From assembly GCA_039809385.1 (NCBI GenBank), contig JBDHUY010000002.1, forward strand, positions 1 through 64,000: a DNA stretch of 64,000 nucleotides, given 5' to 3'. Below, piece after piece: positions 40,201-49,949 of this stretch (within the stretch, counting starts at the first letter, position 1; every line of letters starts with the position of its first letter). A model generated the notes under the pieces. The model ran no database searches and was not told the origin of the DNA. It worked only from the letters and a program-made list of their open reading frames with translations. The position numbers were made by a program, and so were the translations under genes. This stretch comes from Candidatus Altimarinota bacterium. GTDB taxonomy: Bacteria > Patescibacteriota > Gracilibacteria > JBDHUY01.

Positions 40201-41202
40201 GCATATACGGCACTCTACACAGTGCTGGTGACTTTTTCCCAATTATTAGCGCCATTTGTGCCGTTTATTTCCGAGGAAATCTATCGCAGTCTGACGGGCG
40301 AGGATTCGGTACATCTCACCGATTGGCCGCAAGTAAATCGAAATCTGCTGAATGTCTCTCTCAATACCGAGATCGATCTGGTGCGGACGGTGGTGACACT
40401 GGGATTGTCGTTACGGGCCAAAAACAAGGCCAAGGTGCGCCAGCCTTTGAGCAAACTACAGGTTGTGGTACCTGAACATCTTCGTGGTGTTGTAACAGCC
40501 TATCATGATGTGATTGCCGAAGAGTTGAATGTGAAAGTGGTCGACTTGTTGCACGATTCGAGCGAGATCTCGGTCAAAATGATTAAGCCGATCGGGGCGC
40601 TGGTGGGACCGAAGTTTGGCAAAGACGCTCAAGCAGTGATTACCAATGCTAAGACTGGCAACTTCCGGGAAGCAAGCGGCCAGCGGTCAGCGATCAGTGA
40701 TCAGGAGGGGCCAGAAAAATCCCCTCTTGAGAGGGGTGGCCCGGAGGGCCGGGGTGTGAGCCTCGAAGGCACGAATGATTCTTCACAAGATACTTCTCGA
40801 AATCCCGGTTTGATCGTCTTTGACGGCCAAGGCAAGGAATGGGAGCTACTATCGAATGAATATGAAGTGGTCTACTCGGGTAAGGAGGGCTTTGACGCGG
40901 CCTCGAATCAAGGCGTGGTGGTCTCTCTGGATCTGCATGTTACCGAAGAACTGCGGCTGGAAGGGCTTGCCCGCGATCTGGTGCGCGCGATTCAGGATAT
41001 GCGCAAAGAGACCAACTATCAGGTTTCCGACCGTATTCGGATTTCTTTGCAAGGAGTTGATCCGCAGGTTTTGGCTCAATTTCAGGAGTATATTGTGAGT
41101 GAGACGCTGTGTTCGAAGTTGGAAGAAAAGTTGGAGAATCCGGATCTGGAAAGGGAGATTGAGCTGGAAGGGGAGAAGGTACTGGTAGGTATAAAGCGCT
41201 AG
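37249..41202 (+). CDS. ileS: Isoleucine--tRNA ligase (type 2) with inserted histidine phosphatase domain and repeat-derived insertions
   Basis: DGPPFATGLPHYGH, GWDCHGLP, WTTTPW, DWAISRNRYWG, EGQDQTRGWF, KMSKR. Confidence 0.97.
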   Translation: MFKPVNPKVSFSEIEKEILSYWKNNRIFERSIKQRTQKEFTFYDGPPFATGLPHYGHLLAGTLKDVIPRYWTMKGYRVERRFGWDCHGLPVENEKEKELGITGKKDIEAMGVGAFNEACRSIVQRYAGEWRQTVERTGRWVDMDNDYKTMDTSYMESIWWVFKQLWDKGYVYEGKKAMQICPRCVTPLSNFEVTQGYKDITDWSVIAKFPITDPDFLKKYGNGIKTSFIAWTTTPWSIPTTMGLAIGPDFDYVLVRTGEEQIIVAKNRLEYAVKSLEEGSWEVVEELKGKELTGLAYEHPYAFIYGQNEEVKNNANVYKTYATDYVSIEDGTGIVTINGAFGEIDMEAANRLELPIVINVKMDGTYTDDMGELAGHHVKPKEDPTKMDQKIAEDLESRGFLFRREKYLHSYPHCWRCDTPLLNYATTSWFVSVTKLKEKLLKNNDKTSWVPDNIKYGRFGKWLENARDWAISRNRYWGSVMPVWKCDSCEKVEVLGSLEDLRAKVPERMTKLILMRHGESETNVKTEVWSKDDRYPLTENGQKEIHTLAADLEHYDVMLVSPVLRARQSADILKQKYGTDYAVVEQLRENNMGTWEGLPAAEHLEQLKKYHELPLQERYQARMGGGENWVDIEARVSEFLKNTLSQYRGKTVAIVTHKSIIVTLHKQLSDWTLNRFFAIDEGAEWLNKSVIYVDNETGKEFDLHKHVVDEITFKCSPPDKGELEGGSHCSGTMRRIPEVLDCWFESGSMPYAQVHYPFENKEKFEQNFPADFIAEGQDQTRGWFYTLMVLSTALFDQPAFKNVIVNGVILAEDGKKMSKRLKNYPDPAYMLDTYGADAMRFYLMNSPAVQAQDLRFSEKGVDEVVKSILLPFWNAYSFFVTYANIDGWDSNGQRSVISKQQGKADSRQLTADSYDPQLFSNKLDQWILSELQATVELVTQRLDKYDLSGATEPLAAFIDGLTNWYIRRSRRRFWKSENDTDKNEAYTALYTVLVTFSQLLAPFVPFISEEIYRSLTGEDSVHLTDWPQVNRNLLNVSLNTEIDLVRTVVTLGLSLRAKNKAKVRQPLSKLQVVVPEHLRGVVTAYHDVIAEELNVKVVDLLHDSSEISVKMIKPIGALVGPKFGKDAQAVITNAKTGNFREASGQRSAISDQEGPEKSPLERGGPEGRGVSLEGTNDSSQDTSRNPGLIVFDGQGKEWELLSNEYEVVYSGKEGFDAASNQGVVVSLDLHVTEELRLEGLARDLVRAIQDMRKETNYQVSDRIRISLQGVDPQVLAQFQEYIVSETLCSKLEEKLENPDLEREIELEGEKVLVGIKR

Positions 41203-41214
41203 ATGGAGAATGCA

Positions 41215-41239
41215 GTCGTCCCGCCACGGCGGGGCGATT
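41215..41239. repeat. Short GC-rich palindrome CCCGCCACGGCGGG
   Basis: Hairpin just after the ileS stop. Confidence 0.5.
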
Positions 41240-41443
41240 TGCACGAAAAAAACTTTAACTTTTTTCTGCATTGTCGGAAGTATGTTTTCAAAATACGGTT
41301 CTCCGGTTTCCTAAATTGGTATGGTCTGTCTTTTTTGCTTCGTTCTAAGAAAGAGATTTTCCATCATTCAAAAAACGCATCATTCTGATTCTCAAAAGCT
41401 AAATCCGCAAGAGATCGAGTCGGACTATACATAATTATCCCAT

Positions 41444-41842
41444 ATGTTTTTCAAACTCTATGCCATAGCGTTTCCCATTTTCCTGGCTGTTGATATGATT
41501 TGGTTGGGATTTCTTGCCAAAGACTTGTATCGTCAACAGATCGGTTTCTTGATGAAAGGTGATATCAATTGGTTGGCGGTCATAATTTTTTACTTTTTGT
41601 TTATAGCGGGACTGGTGTTGTTTGTCATTCTGCCCGCATTTGAAAAACAATCATGGATCAACGCGCTGCTCTTTGGAGCGCTCTTTGGACTGGTAACCTA
41701 TGCTACCTATGATCTGACAAACCTCGCTGTGCTCAAAGACTGGCCCCTGCTGGTGACAATCGTTGACCTGGCGTGGGGAACGATACTCGCAGCTATTGTC
41801 TCAACTGCAACGTATTTTATTGCCGTAACTATCAGGTTATAA
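41444..41842 (+). CDS. DUF2177 family membrane protein
   Basis: DMIWLG, YATYDLTNLA...W...VDLAWG. Confidence 0.88.
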   Translation: MFFKLYAIAFPIFLAVDMIWLGFLAKDLYRQQIGFLMKGDINWLAVIIFYFLFIAGLVLFVILPAFEKQSWINALLFGALFGLVTYATYDLTNLAVLKDWPLLVTIVDLAWGTILAAIVSTATYFIAVTIRL

Positions 41843-41900
41843 AATCATACAACTATTGCTTCGGTTCTTCAAAACCAAAACCGATGCTGGTATAGGTATA

Positions 41901-42605
41901 CTAATTCATTTTGTATTCTTCCAACCACTTCCGTATAACTCGCGTATCAGGTATTCCACTTCGTACATTATAATATCGCAGCACCGGAACCCCTTCCTCA
42001 GCATTTGGCGGTTCATATTCTGTCATTGAGCGCACCAGGAGTGCTTCATTTCCCTCCCAGGTAATCATCAAAGGATTCGAGTGATCCCGTTGACGCAATC
42101 TCAGTCGTTGAAGAAGCATTGATTTCTTTGTATGTATTTCCAGAATCCGGATATCCGCCTCGTCTGAAAACTGTGCAATAATTTCACGACGGTAGATTTT
42201 TTTACCGTAAATCCCTTCCAAGATAACGCAGTATCCTTGTTCTAAAAGATCTTGAATGCGCAAATACATCAAATAATAGGTCGTATGGGTTTGTTGTGTA
42301 TCGAAGAGAATTACATTTTTGAAAAGTGCTTTGCGGATATTGTCAACTGATACATAGACAGCTGGAATATCCCCGATCAGTGCGCGGCTTACAGTGGATT
42401 TTCCAGAACCGGGAAGTCCGCAAACGATTAAAAAAAGAGGATTCTTACTCCTGCCGACGTCATCTGTAGGCGTAACTGCGCAGACTTTTTTCCACTCGGA
42501 TCTAGCCGGTTTTTTGTGCGAAAAGACACACCCGCAGAGCGATTTATGAATGTACACCATAGCATCCGGTACAATATGAAAATAAATAAACAACGTTTTT
42601 TGCAA
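41901..42605 (-). CDS. AAA_33-type P-loop kinase
   Basis: GLPGSGKST, D.IRK.L, VILEG, RL..R, EPP; start uncertain. Confidence 0.8.
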   Translation of the reverse strand: MQKTLFIYFHIVPDAMVYIHKSLCGCVFSHKKPARSEWKKVCAVTPTDDVGRSKNPLFLIVCGLPGSGKSTVSRALIGDIPAVYVSVDNIRKALFKNVILFDTQQTHTTYYLMYLRIQDLLEQGYCVILEGIYGKKIYRREIIAQFSDEADIRILEIHTKKSMLLQRLRLRQRDHSNPLMITWEGNEALLVRSMTEYEPPNAEEGVPVLRYYNVRSGIPDTRVIRKWLEEYKMN

Positions 42606-42847
42606 ACGTTCTTACAAATACGTATGAAAAGAAAAAACTCGATAGACAATATCAGGATAAATCACGACATTATTTCACAGTTACCAGTCCTATGCAATCA
42701 AATTTATCTCTTCGGCTGTTCCGTAGTAGCATACTTCAAGCTCGATCTTCAGATAACTTTCTGCTTAAAAAGCACGTCGGATATCTTGATAAAATCCACG
42801 GTTTCGGTATAACCGGAAATATCGAATAGTCTTTTTTCCGATATCCT

Positions 42848-43708
42848 ATGTCCGAACCGATTTCAAAATTTATTTTTACCACGTTTCGCGAACTCTTTGG
42901 ATTTATCAATCCTTTTTTATCGAACTATCATGATTTTTCAAAAAATCTTTCCCGCGAGATACGTGTCAAAGCACACAATAATATCCAGTATCAATTCGAC
43001 GTCGTTCTGGATAACATGATCAAAAAAAAATTAGACGACTTCGGTATAACGGGAAAAATATTCTCGGAAGAAAGCGGTTTTTTTCAAACCGGAAACCCTC
43101 TGTATCGCGTCGTGTTTGATCCTTTCTGCAACAGTTCACTGGCTTCCAGAACATTTCATGAAGCAGCCGTAGGTATAACTATCTTCAGCTATCAATACGA
43201 CTATATAACTTCTGCGATCATGGATTACCAGACCGGACTCGTGGCGTTGGTCGAAGACTCGGAAACCAACTTCTACCAGATCCAGACGGGTGAAAGGATT
43301 ACTCCGTCTCGGGAAGTGCCGCCCGCGGCGCTGAAAGATGCCTGGGTGGTCTTTACACTGGAAAACAGCGAAGAGCGCAAACATCTTTCGAAAGTTATTC
43401 CGCTTGTTCAATCTCCCAAAAGAATCATACTGAGCAGCGGACACATTTACTGGCTTAAACTGGCTCTGGGGGCGGTCGATGCCTACTTGGATCCTTTCGG
43501 CGGCGAACGTCTGTACGAGATGTTTGCCGCGACCGTGGCCCAGGCTGCGGGGTGTGTCGTCACCTCTATCTTCGGAGAACCATTTGATCCGGTTGTTTAT
43601 CTGAAGATTTTTGAGGCAAATCCGGATTTTATTTTTTATCCCGTAGCGGCAAGAAATAGACACCTGCACCGGCGTATATCTGACGGTCTTTTCTTGTCTA
43701 AAACATAA
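42848..43708 (+). CDS. Inositol monophosphatase/FBPase-superfamily protein
   Basis: FD, SEESG, DPFCNS, G.VDAYLD, AG.VVT..G. Confidence 0.75.
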   Translation: MSEPISKFIFTTFRELFGFINPFLSNYHDFSKNLSREIRVKAHNNIQYQFDVVLDNMIKKKLDDFGITGKIFSEESGFFQTGNPLYRVVFDPFCNSSLASRTFHEAAVGITIFSYQYDYITSAIMDYQTGLVALVEDSETNFYQIQTGERITPSREVPPAALKDAWVVFTLENSEERKHLSKVIPLVQSPKRIILSSGHIYWLKLALGAVDAYLDPFGGERLYEMFAATVAQAAGCVVTSIFGEPFDPVVYLKIFEANPDFIFYPVAARNRHLHRRISDGLFLSKT

Positions 43709-43724
43709 TCTTACTTCAAGTAGT

Positions 43725-44234
43725 ATGCAACTCTTCTCAAATATCTCTTCCCACGCAGAAGTGGAAGGAAAGAAGGTAATCACCGTTTGCGAGTCCAAAG
43801 TCACTGCCTTTCTATCCTACCTGGCCGGTTTCCTGGTATTTGCGGCTGTTGGGGCGATTACTATTCTGGTCTTGGTCGGAATGTTCCCGCCGCCAACGCT
43901 TTTTTCGGCTCTTCCTCCCCTTCTGCTCGGATTCATTCTGATCCGCTCGGCTAAAAAGCGCACTGCGCAGGGCGGGCATTTCGTGATCGACGGAGACCGT
44001 AAAAAGATTATCCAGAAACAAAAAAAGATCACCCGTGAGTGGGACTTCGACGACGTCGTTACTATAGACAAAGTGCTTAATATCTCCGACGGCATGCGGC
44101 CGCCGCACTTCGTTTTTTGGCTCAGGGCTACTATGTCCAACCATACCACATTGAATTTGGCCAAAGGCATAGAGAGCGAAGTAGTATCATTGCAGGAAGT
44201 ATTAGAAAAGATTGGCGTACATGAGAAAAAATAA
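43725..44234 (+). CDS. Hypothetical membrane protein
   Basis: Two TM helices plus beta-rich tail. Confidence 0.6.
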   Translation: MQLFSNISSHAEVEGKKVITVCESKVTAFLSYLAGFLVFAAVGAITILVLVGMFPPPTLFSALPPLLLGFILIRSAKKRTAQGGHFVIDGDRKKIIQKQKKITREWDFDDVVTIDKVLNISDGMRPPHFVFWLRATMSNHTTLNLAKGIESEVVSLQEVLEKIGVHEKK

Positions 44235-44308
44235 TCCAAACCGATTCCCGTCTAATGTAAACGGCAAATAGAGCAAAGTATCTATTCGGTCAAGCCTATA
44301 AATATCTC

Positions 44309-44734
44309 ATGCCTTTCACCGAATCCCGTTTGCGTTCCATTCTCAAAGCTGTTTCGTGGCGTGTCATTGCTACGCTTATCACGTTTTCCTATGCCTATCT
44401 GTTCACCGGACAATTCCCGGCAGCCGGTCTTATTACCGTTTTGGCTACACTCTTGAGTATGGTGCTTCATTATTATTTTGAACGGATCTGGAATGGCTTT
44501 TATTGGGATAAAGTCAATTTGCAGGAAACACGCAAACGTACGTTTTTAAAGAGTATTCTCTGGCAGCTGGTGGCTATCGGTATCAATTTGGGAACCTCTT
44601 GGTTTTTTACCGCCAGTTTGAATCAGTCGGTCTTCTTTGCCCTAGTCTCCGGTGCCACCGGCTTTGTCCTGTTTTACGTACACGAAAGACTCTGGAACGT
44701 TTTTTTGTGGCACAAAAAGTCGCTGTTTCGGTAA
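44309..44734 (+). CDS. Tandem DUF2061 membrane protein
   Basis: E...RS..KA.SWR...ERIWN repeated as ET..RT..KS..WQ...ERLWN. Confidence 0.85.
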   Translation: MPFTESRLRSILKAVSWRVIATLITFSYAYLFTGQFPAAGLITVLATLLSMVLHYYFERIWNGFYWDKVNLQETRKRTFLKSILWQLVAIGINLGTSWFFTASLNQSVFFALVSGATGFVLFYVHERLWNVFLWHKKSLFR

Positions 44735-44815
44735 GTTGTATAATCTTTTCTTTGTCGCTATACTTTCCTGACAAGACTCCCTTTATTATAATTTCCAATC
44801 CTTTCTTACGATTCC

Positions 44816-46198
44816 ATGCCTCTCAAAATTGAAAAAATAGTATACCCCGGCATTTCGCTCGCCCGCGACAACGGGCTTACCACGTTCCTCAATGGCGGTC
44901 TACCCGGTGAAGAAGTCGAGGTAGAGATCGTCAAAAAGAAAAAGAGTTTTCAGGAAGGGCGCGTATTGCGAGTTGTAGAGCCTTCCCCAGAACGTATCAC
45001 GCCCCGTTGTCCCTCCTTCGGTCGTTGCGGTGGTTGTTCGTTTCAGCATACCGCTTATGAAAATCAGCTTCGTATCAAGGACGAGTATGTCAGAGAATTG
45101 TTGCAAAACTTTTCTATACCCCAATTTTTACCAATTCTGCCGAGTCCCGAAATATGGAATTACCGCAATAAAATGGAGTTCAGTTTCTTCGAAACACCCT
45201 CCGGTCCCGCTGAAGCCAAAGGAGAGGTGACGATCGGGCTGCACGAAAAGGGAGCGTATAACCGCTACTTTCCGGTTCCCCCGTGTTTTATTGCCGATCA
45301 GGATTTTTTGAAGATCGTCGAAGAGATTCAGGCTTTTGCGCGGCGGTCGGGCTTGCAAGTTTACAATCCTACCACGCATCAAGGCTTTTATCGTCATTTG
45401 GTTTTGCGCAAAAGCAAACGGACCGGGCAAGTCCTGGTAAATCTGGTGACAACCCCCCTACACCCCCCTTATCAGGGGGGACAATCCAATACATCTTTTT
45501 TCGATGGTCTGGTTCAGGTTTTGAAAGACCATGTCTCTAGTTTTCACTGGACTGTTAACAATTCGGTGTCGGATGCGGTCAAGGCAGAAGAGGTACATCT
45601 GTTATCAGGTGAACCCATGATTCAAGAACAGATGCAGATAGGGGAACGTTTATACCGCTTTTTTGTTTCGCCTTTCTCTTTTTTTCAGACTAACACGTTT
45701 GGTGCTGAAAAATTATACGAAACAACCTTGAATTTTCTTGATCCAAAAGCGGACGACAAGGTGCTTGATCTCTATTGTGGAACAGGCACAATTGGTTTAA
45801 CGCTTGCTCCCTACGTAAAACAGGTTTTAGGGGTAGAGCAGGTTCCGGATGCGATTCTAGATGCCAAACGAAACAAGGAGATCAATGCGATTTCCAATAT
45901 CGATTTTGAAGTTGGCTCAGTCGAGAAGTGGATCAAGCATGGTACGATTCCCGAATTTAACGCGCTCGTGATTGATCCGCCCCGCGGCGGGGTTTCAAAT
46001 AAGGTTATTGATTTTATCCTCAGAACCAAACCTACTAAAATCGTTTATGTCTCCTGTAATCCTTCCACACTGGCCCGCGACTTGGCTCTTATACTTCGAG
46101 ACACTGATTATAAGATTGATCTGGTGCAGGCGGTGGATATGTTTCCCCAGACGTATCATGTGGAGGTGGTGGTGCGGTTGACAAGAATAAAAAAATAG
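44816..46198 (+). CDS. rlmD: 23S rRNA m5U1939 methyltransferase
   Basis: TRAM, C...CGGC, YRNKMEF, SFFQTN, DLYCGTG, DPPR.G, YVSCNP.TLARD, DMFP.T.HVE. Confidence 0.95.
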   Translation: MPLKIEKIVYPGISLARDNGLTTFLNGGLPGEEVEVEIVKKKKSFQEGRVLRVVEPSPERITPRCPSFGRCGGCSFQHTAYENQLRIKDEYVRELLQNFSIPQFLPILPSPEIWNYRNKMEFSFFETPSGPAEAKGEVTIGLHEKGAYNRYFPVPPCFIADQDFLKIVEEIQAFARRSGLQVYNPTTHQGFYRHLVLRKSKRTGQVLVNLVTTPLHPPYQGGQSNTSFFDGLVQVLKDHVSSFHWTVNNSVSDAVKAEEVHLLSGEPMIQEQMQIGERLYRFFVSPFSFFQTNTFGAEKLYETTLNFLDPKADDKVLDLYCGTGTIGLTLAPYVKQVLGVEQVPDAILDAKRNKEINAISNIDFEVGSVEKWIKHGTIPEFNALVIDPPRGGVSNKVIDFILRTKPTKIVYVSCNPSTLARDLALILRDTDYKIDLVQAVDMFPQTYHVEVVVRLTRIKK

Positions 46199-46313
46199 CT
46201 AGTATACAAATACTTTTTTGAGTGAATTACTCATGTAAATAAATCAAATTTGTCCCATACTTTGAAGAACTTTTTGCTCCAGATATGTATATTGTCTGAC
46301 TTTTAAATTCTGT

Positions 46314-47981
46314 TTGTCTATGTCATTCATTCGTCTAGATGCTGGCTTGGCAATGAAATCAGAGATCCAACAAAAACTCACTGTCTCTGAAAGCGAAGTC
46401 TATCGTTCAGCTCTAAATTATTGGGAAAATAAACCGCATCAATCGTTATCGATATCGCTCCAACAACTTAGCGCTATTCTGGGTGGTGGGAAAAAAAGTC
46501 CGGGAAGTCAGGAAGGTGCTGATTCCTCACGGCCAATCAATCGAGTCAATAGCACACAGTATGCCGAAAGATGGGTTACCGGAGACCATATGACTCAGGG
46601 GGTGGCGTACGAAAATCCTGACCGTATGGTTCACACCGAAGCTGAGGCTGAGGAACCAGAAACTCATTTTCTCGAAGAAGATTTTGTGTTGCTTACTCCT
46701 GAAGAACTGAAAAGTCTGGATCCGGCAGAACAAGTGGGTATTGTCATGGGACCCTGCCTATTTATTGCCAGTGACACACCGCGCGAATGTATTCCGCTCG
46801 TGGTTACTAATTTGGCTATGTTGCGACGTATGTCTGAGGATTCCCAGATGGTCAGTTTTTTTAACAAACTTGGTATCACTGTTGAAGTTTCACAGCATTG
46901 GACCGCTAACATTATTGATCTGATTCTGGCTGAAGCACAGTTTGGCAAGGATCATCAAAAGTTTCTGCAGTATTTACAGTGGCGGAAAAAACTGGAACGA
47001 ACCGACTTTTTTCACAATGAAGCAGTTTCAGAAGTTCTTCAAAATAAAATCAGAACTCTTACATATCGTCGTACTACTCACCCTCTACACCGCGGAAGGT
47101 ATACAAGGGATTCATGGCAAATCAGTGGAACATTACAAAGTTTAGGGAGAGATAGTTTTATAAAAATGCGTGGGATGGTCAATGTCAGCAGGGTAGATAG
47201 TATTTTTCGTCAGATTAGCGGGCGCTCTGATTTCCACCCCGAATTCATGATGTGTCTGATGCGTCTTATTTGTGAAAGATGTCAGAATGAGAAAAATATG
47301 GAGAAAGTTGATGTCTATCAAGACAGTATTACTGGAATAGCCGAAAAGAGACGCGTGAATCGGTATGTTTTACGATTGGATGACTGGAGTCTGATCCAGC
47401 AGGCAGATCTTTTGACCAAGCAGGTACTTTTGGACCAGGATTTTTTGCTTACTCAGACTAAGGACAACGGAGCATATATTATCTCGAACCACGCCTTAAA
47501 AACAGCCGAAGCTTTTATTGATCGGTTGGCTTATTTTGCGAGAGCATGGTTTGACCGCTTAAATACTACTACTGATGCGACCGGTATGGGAAGCACACTC
47601 TTAAAACTTATGAAAACAAGTTGTCAGGTGGTTATTCCCATAGCTGAGAAGTTTACCGTTAATATCACCGTATCGGAAGAGACTGCATATAGGCAGGAGA
47701 TGGATCGAATCTCTTTAAAAATCAAGGAACTTGAGCGTGCTATTGCTCAAATCGATGAGCTTTATGGTAATTTGCGAAAAAGTCAGAATGAGCTTTCGGC
47801 TATGGTTAACATTGAGTATTTGCCCGGGAGTCTGGAATCCGATATGAAAGTTTTAGGTGAAAGGCGATTAGAGCTTTCTGCTTTACTGGATGAACTTTGT
47901 AAGGCCGCATCCGTTATCGAACAGCTGAAGAACGCTCGCGATAAATCCCGGCATCTTTTGGCGAGTATCGTTGAACTATAG
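46314..47981 (+). CDS. Hypothetical protein with C-terminal coiled coil
   Basis: 555-aa ORF, no recognised motif; start uncertain. Confidence 0.6.
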   Translation: MSMSFIRLDAGLAMKSEIQQKLTVSESEVYRSALNYWENKPHQSLSISLQQLSAILGGGKKSPGSQEGADSSRPINRVNSTQYAERWVTGDHMTQGVAYENPDRMVHTEAEAEEPETHFLEEDFVLLTPEELKSLDPAEQVGIVMGPCLFIASDTPRECIPLVVTNLAMLRRMSEDSQMVSFFNKLGITVEVSQHWTANIIDLILAEAQFGKDHQKFLQYLQWRKKLERTDFFHNEAVSEVLQNKIRTLTYRRTTHPLHRGRYTRDSWQISGTLQSLGRDSFIKMRGMVNVSRVDSIFRQISGRSDFHPEFMMCLMRLICERCQNEKNMEKVDVYQDSITGIAEKRRVNRYVLRLDDWSLIQQADLLTKQVLLDQDFLLTQTKDNGAYIISNHALKTAEAFIDRLAYFARAWFDRLNTTTDATGMGSTLLKLMKTSCQVVIPIAEKFTVNITVSEETAYRQEMDRISLKIKELERAIAQIDELYGNLRKSQNELSAMVNIEYLPGSLESDMKVLGERRLELSALLDELCKAASVIEQLKNARDKSRHLLASIVEL

Positions 47982-48152
47982 CCCATGTACCAAACACATA
48001 AAAGCCCTATGCGGGATCATGTTTTCGAAACATGATCCTTTTATTTTCTTGATTGCTCCGATACCTCTTTTCTCAAGTTATTTCTCTCAAAACACATATT
48101 CTTCTCAGTCGCGAAATGGAATGGTTCCGTTTTTTTGGAAACCCGCAAAAAA

Positions 48153-48413
48153 TCAGTATAACTGATTATGACTTCCGACTGCCAGCATAATGATCAACGC
48201 ATACCCGTCCTGTTCTTCAAAAATAATTCTGAGATCGAATCCGGCCGATATACTTCTTTTCCCTTTTAAAATTCCTTTCAGAGCATGATTTCTGAGTTGA
48301 GGATCAAACGGATCTTTTTCAAACAACTCGATCGTTTTCTCGATCTTTTTTTGCGATTGTATATCCAGTTTCCCGTATTGCCGAACAAACGTTTTCTTGA
48401 AAACGATCTTCAT
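48153..48413 (-). CDS. RelE/YafQ-family toxin
   Basis: F..DPF...LRNH.LKG, DLRIIF, VG.H..LY. Confidence 0.88.
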   Translation of the reverse strand: MKIVFKKTFVRQYGKLDIQSQKKIEKTIELFEKDPFDPQLRNHALKGILKGKRSISAGFDLRIIFEEQDGYALIIMLAVGSHNQLY

Positions 48414-48700
48414 TGTTTTATACTTTTGCGAAGTGCTTTCACGCCTTCTTTTGCCGATTTGAACGGACCCATAAAATCCTTCTCTTTGGCCGCTTGCAAT
48501 ATCTCCTCTTCAAACTCTCGGGTAAAACCATTTTCTGTTACAATCGGACTTTTGAGTTCGAACGGAATACCACGAGACGAGGCGACTTTTGTCAAAAAAA
48601 TACGGACCGCGGTAGGCGTATCGATGCCGATATCTTCAAATACTTTTTCAACTTTTCGTTTGAGTTTTGCATCTAAGCGTACTTGGATAGTAGATGTCAT
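48410..48700 (-). CDS. RelB/DinJ antitoxin
   Basis: IQVRLD..LK......GI....AVRIFL......GIPF. Confidence 0.9.
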   Translation of the reverse strand: MTSTIQVRLDAKLKRKVEKVFEDIGIDTPTAVRIFLTKVASSRGIPFELKSPIVTENGFTREFEEEILQAAKEKDFMGPFKSAKEGVKALRKSIKQ

Positions 48701-48755
48701 GGTACTATATGTAAAGTTACTTTTATTGTAATGATTCTGCTATAGCTTTGCAAAC

Positions 48756-49526
48756 TTACCACGAAAACTCGACTTCCAGCGGCAGATGGTCCGATACTTC
48801 TTCCGGTAATGCCCGGCAGTTTATGACCCGAATCTCCGGCGAAGCAAAGATATAGTCGACCGGATAGGATCCGTGTTTCGTATCCAGATTGCTCCAGGTT
48901 GTTCGAATCGCATAATCCTTTACCAGATTTCTGAATCCATCCTCGATGAGCCCTATACTTTTGGTATCGGGACGGAGATTGAAGTCTCCGCATAGAATTT
49001 TCGGTCCCGCAATGCCGGCCGTAAAATTCAGTATTTTCTCGCATTGAACCAGTCGTTTATCGCTATCTTCTTTGTGCGCCGGGTGGGGGAGTCCGTGGAA
49101 GTTGAAGACTGTCAGATTTTTTTCTGCGCAGGATACTTGTGCAAACTGTAGGATACGCGCTTTGTTTTTGGGATCGGTAGCATCGAACTCATTTCTGTTC
49201 TGATAGATAAATCTGTCCCCGCACCCGAGGAGCTGCAGGTCTTTTTTGACAAACATGGCCAGGCCATAGGAAAGCGGGAAATCCACTTCTCCGCTTGGCA
49301 GTTTGTTATCGTACAATGCATGAAAGAAACCCCGGTGCTCAGGAAGCCGACGCGCAATTTCTGTAAAAAGATTCACCCGGCAGCCATCTTGGCTTGTCCG
49401 ATCAGCCGGTGTGTTTAGTATTTCCTGCAGACAAAATATATCCGCACTGTCTCTGTTGCGAACAAAGAAATCCATGAGCGGATCGAATGCTTTGCCTTTC
49501 CAGGTATTGAGAGTAATTAGTTTCAT
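48756..49526 (-). CDS. Endonuclease/exonuclease/phosphatase family protein
   Basis: TLN, LQE, GDFN, DY.F, SDH.PL. Confidence 0.9.
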   Translation of the reverse strand: MKLITLNTWKGKAFDPLMDFFVRNRDSADIFCLQEILNTPADRTSQDGCRVNLFTEIARRLPEHRGFFHALYDNKLPSGEVDFPLSYGLAMFVKKDLQLLGCGDRFIYQNRNEFDATDPKNKARILQFAQVSCAEKNLTVFNFHGLPHPAHKEDSDKRLVQCEKILNFTAGIAGPKILCGDFNLRPDTKSIGLIEDGFRNLVKDYAIRTTWSNLDTKHGSYPVDYIFASPEIRVINCRALPEEVSDHLPLEVEFSW

Positions 49527-49565
49527 TTCTAGTTTTAAAAGATTGAATGCGAATCTTTCCAAGCC

Positions 49566-49949
49566 TTATCTTTGTTTAATGGACTTTTCCAATTTTTTAT
49601 CAAATGTTAGTACTGTATAGCTTTTTGACAAGTACAAAAGGGCCGTATCTACAAACGAAAAGTTATTCCGGGGTTTCGTCTTTGTAAAAAGATCACTTGT
49701 TTCATATAATAGTTCTTTACTGGAGACAAGCAGATGAATATCGGTATTATTGGCCGTGCTTTGAATAAAATACTGGGCTACCGATTTTTTGGCCCGTATC
49801 ATGAGAACGTTTGCTGTTTCGATCAAGACATATTCCGGTAAAAGGATATGCTCTTTTTCTATTTGTGAAAAGAGATCTAATGCTTTTTTGTGCAGAGAAT
49901 CGGTACTGTGGAAAGCCGCGATCCAGATATTGGAGTCAAGAACAATCAT
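49566..49949 (-). CDS. PIN-domain (VapC) toxin
   Basis: VLDSN, E..N, SFVD, LTFD. Confidence 0.9.
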   Translation of the reverse strand: MIVLDSNIWIAAFHSTDSLHKKALDLFSQIEKEHILLPEYVLIETANVLMIRAKKSVAQYFIQSTANNTDIHLLVSSKELLYETSDLFTKTKPRNNFSFVDTALLYLSKSYTVLTFDKKLEKSIKQR

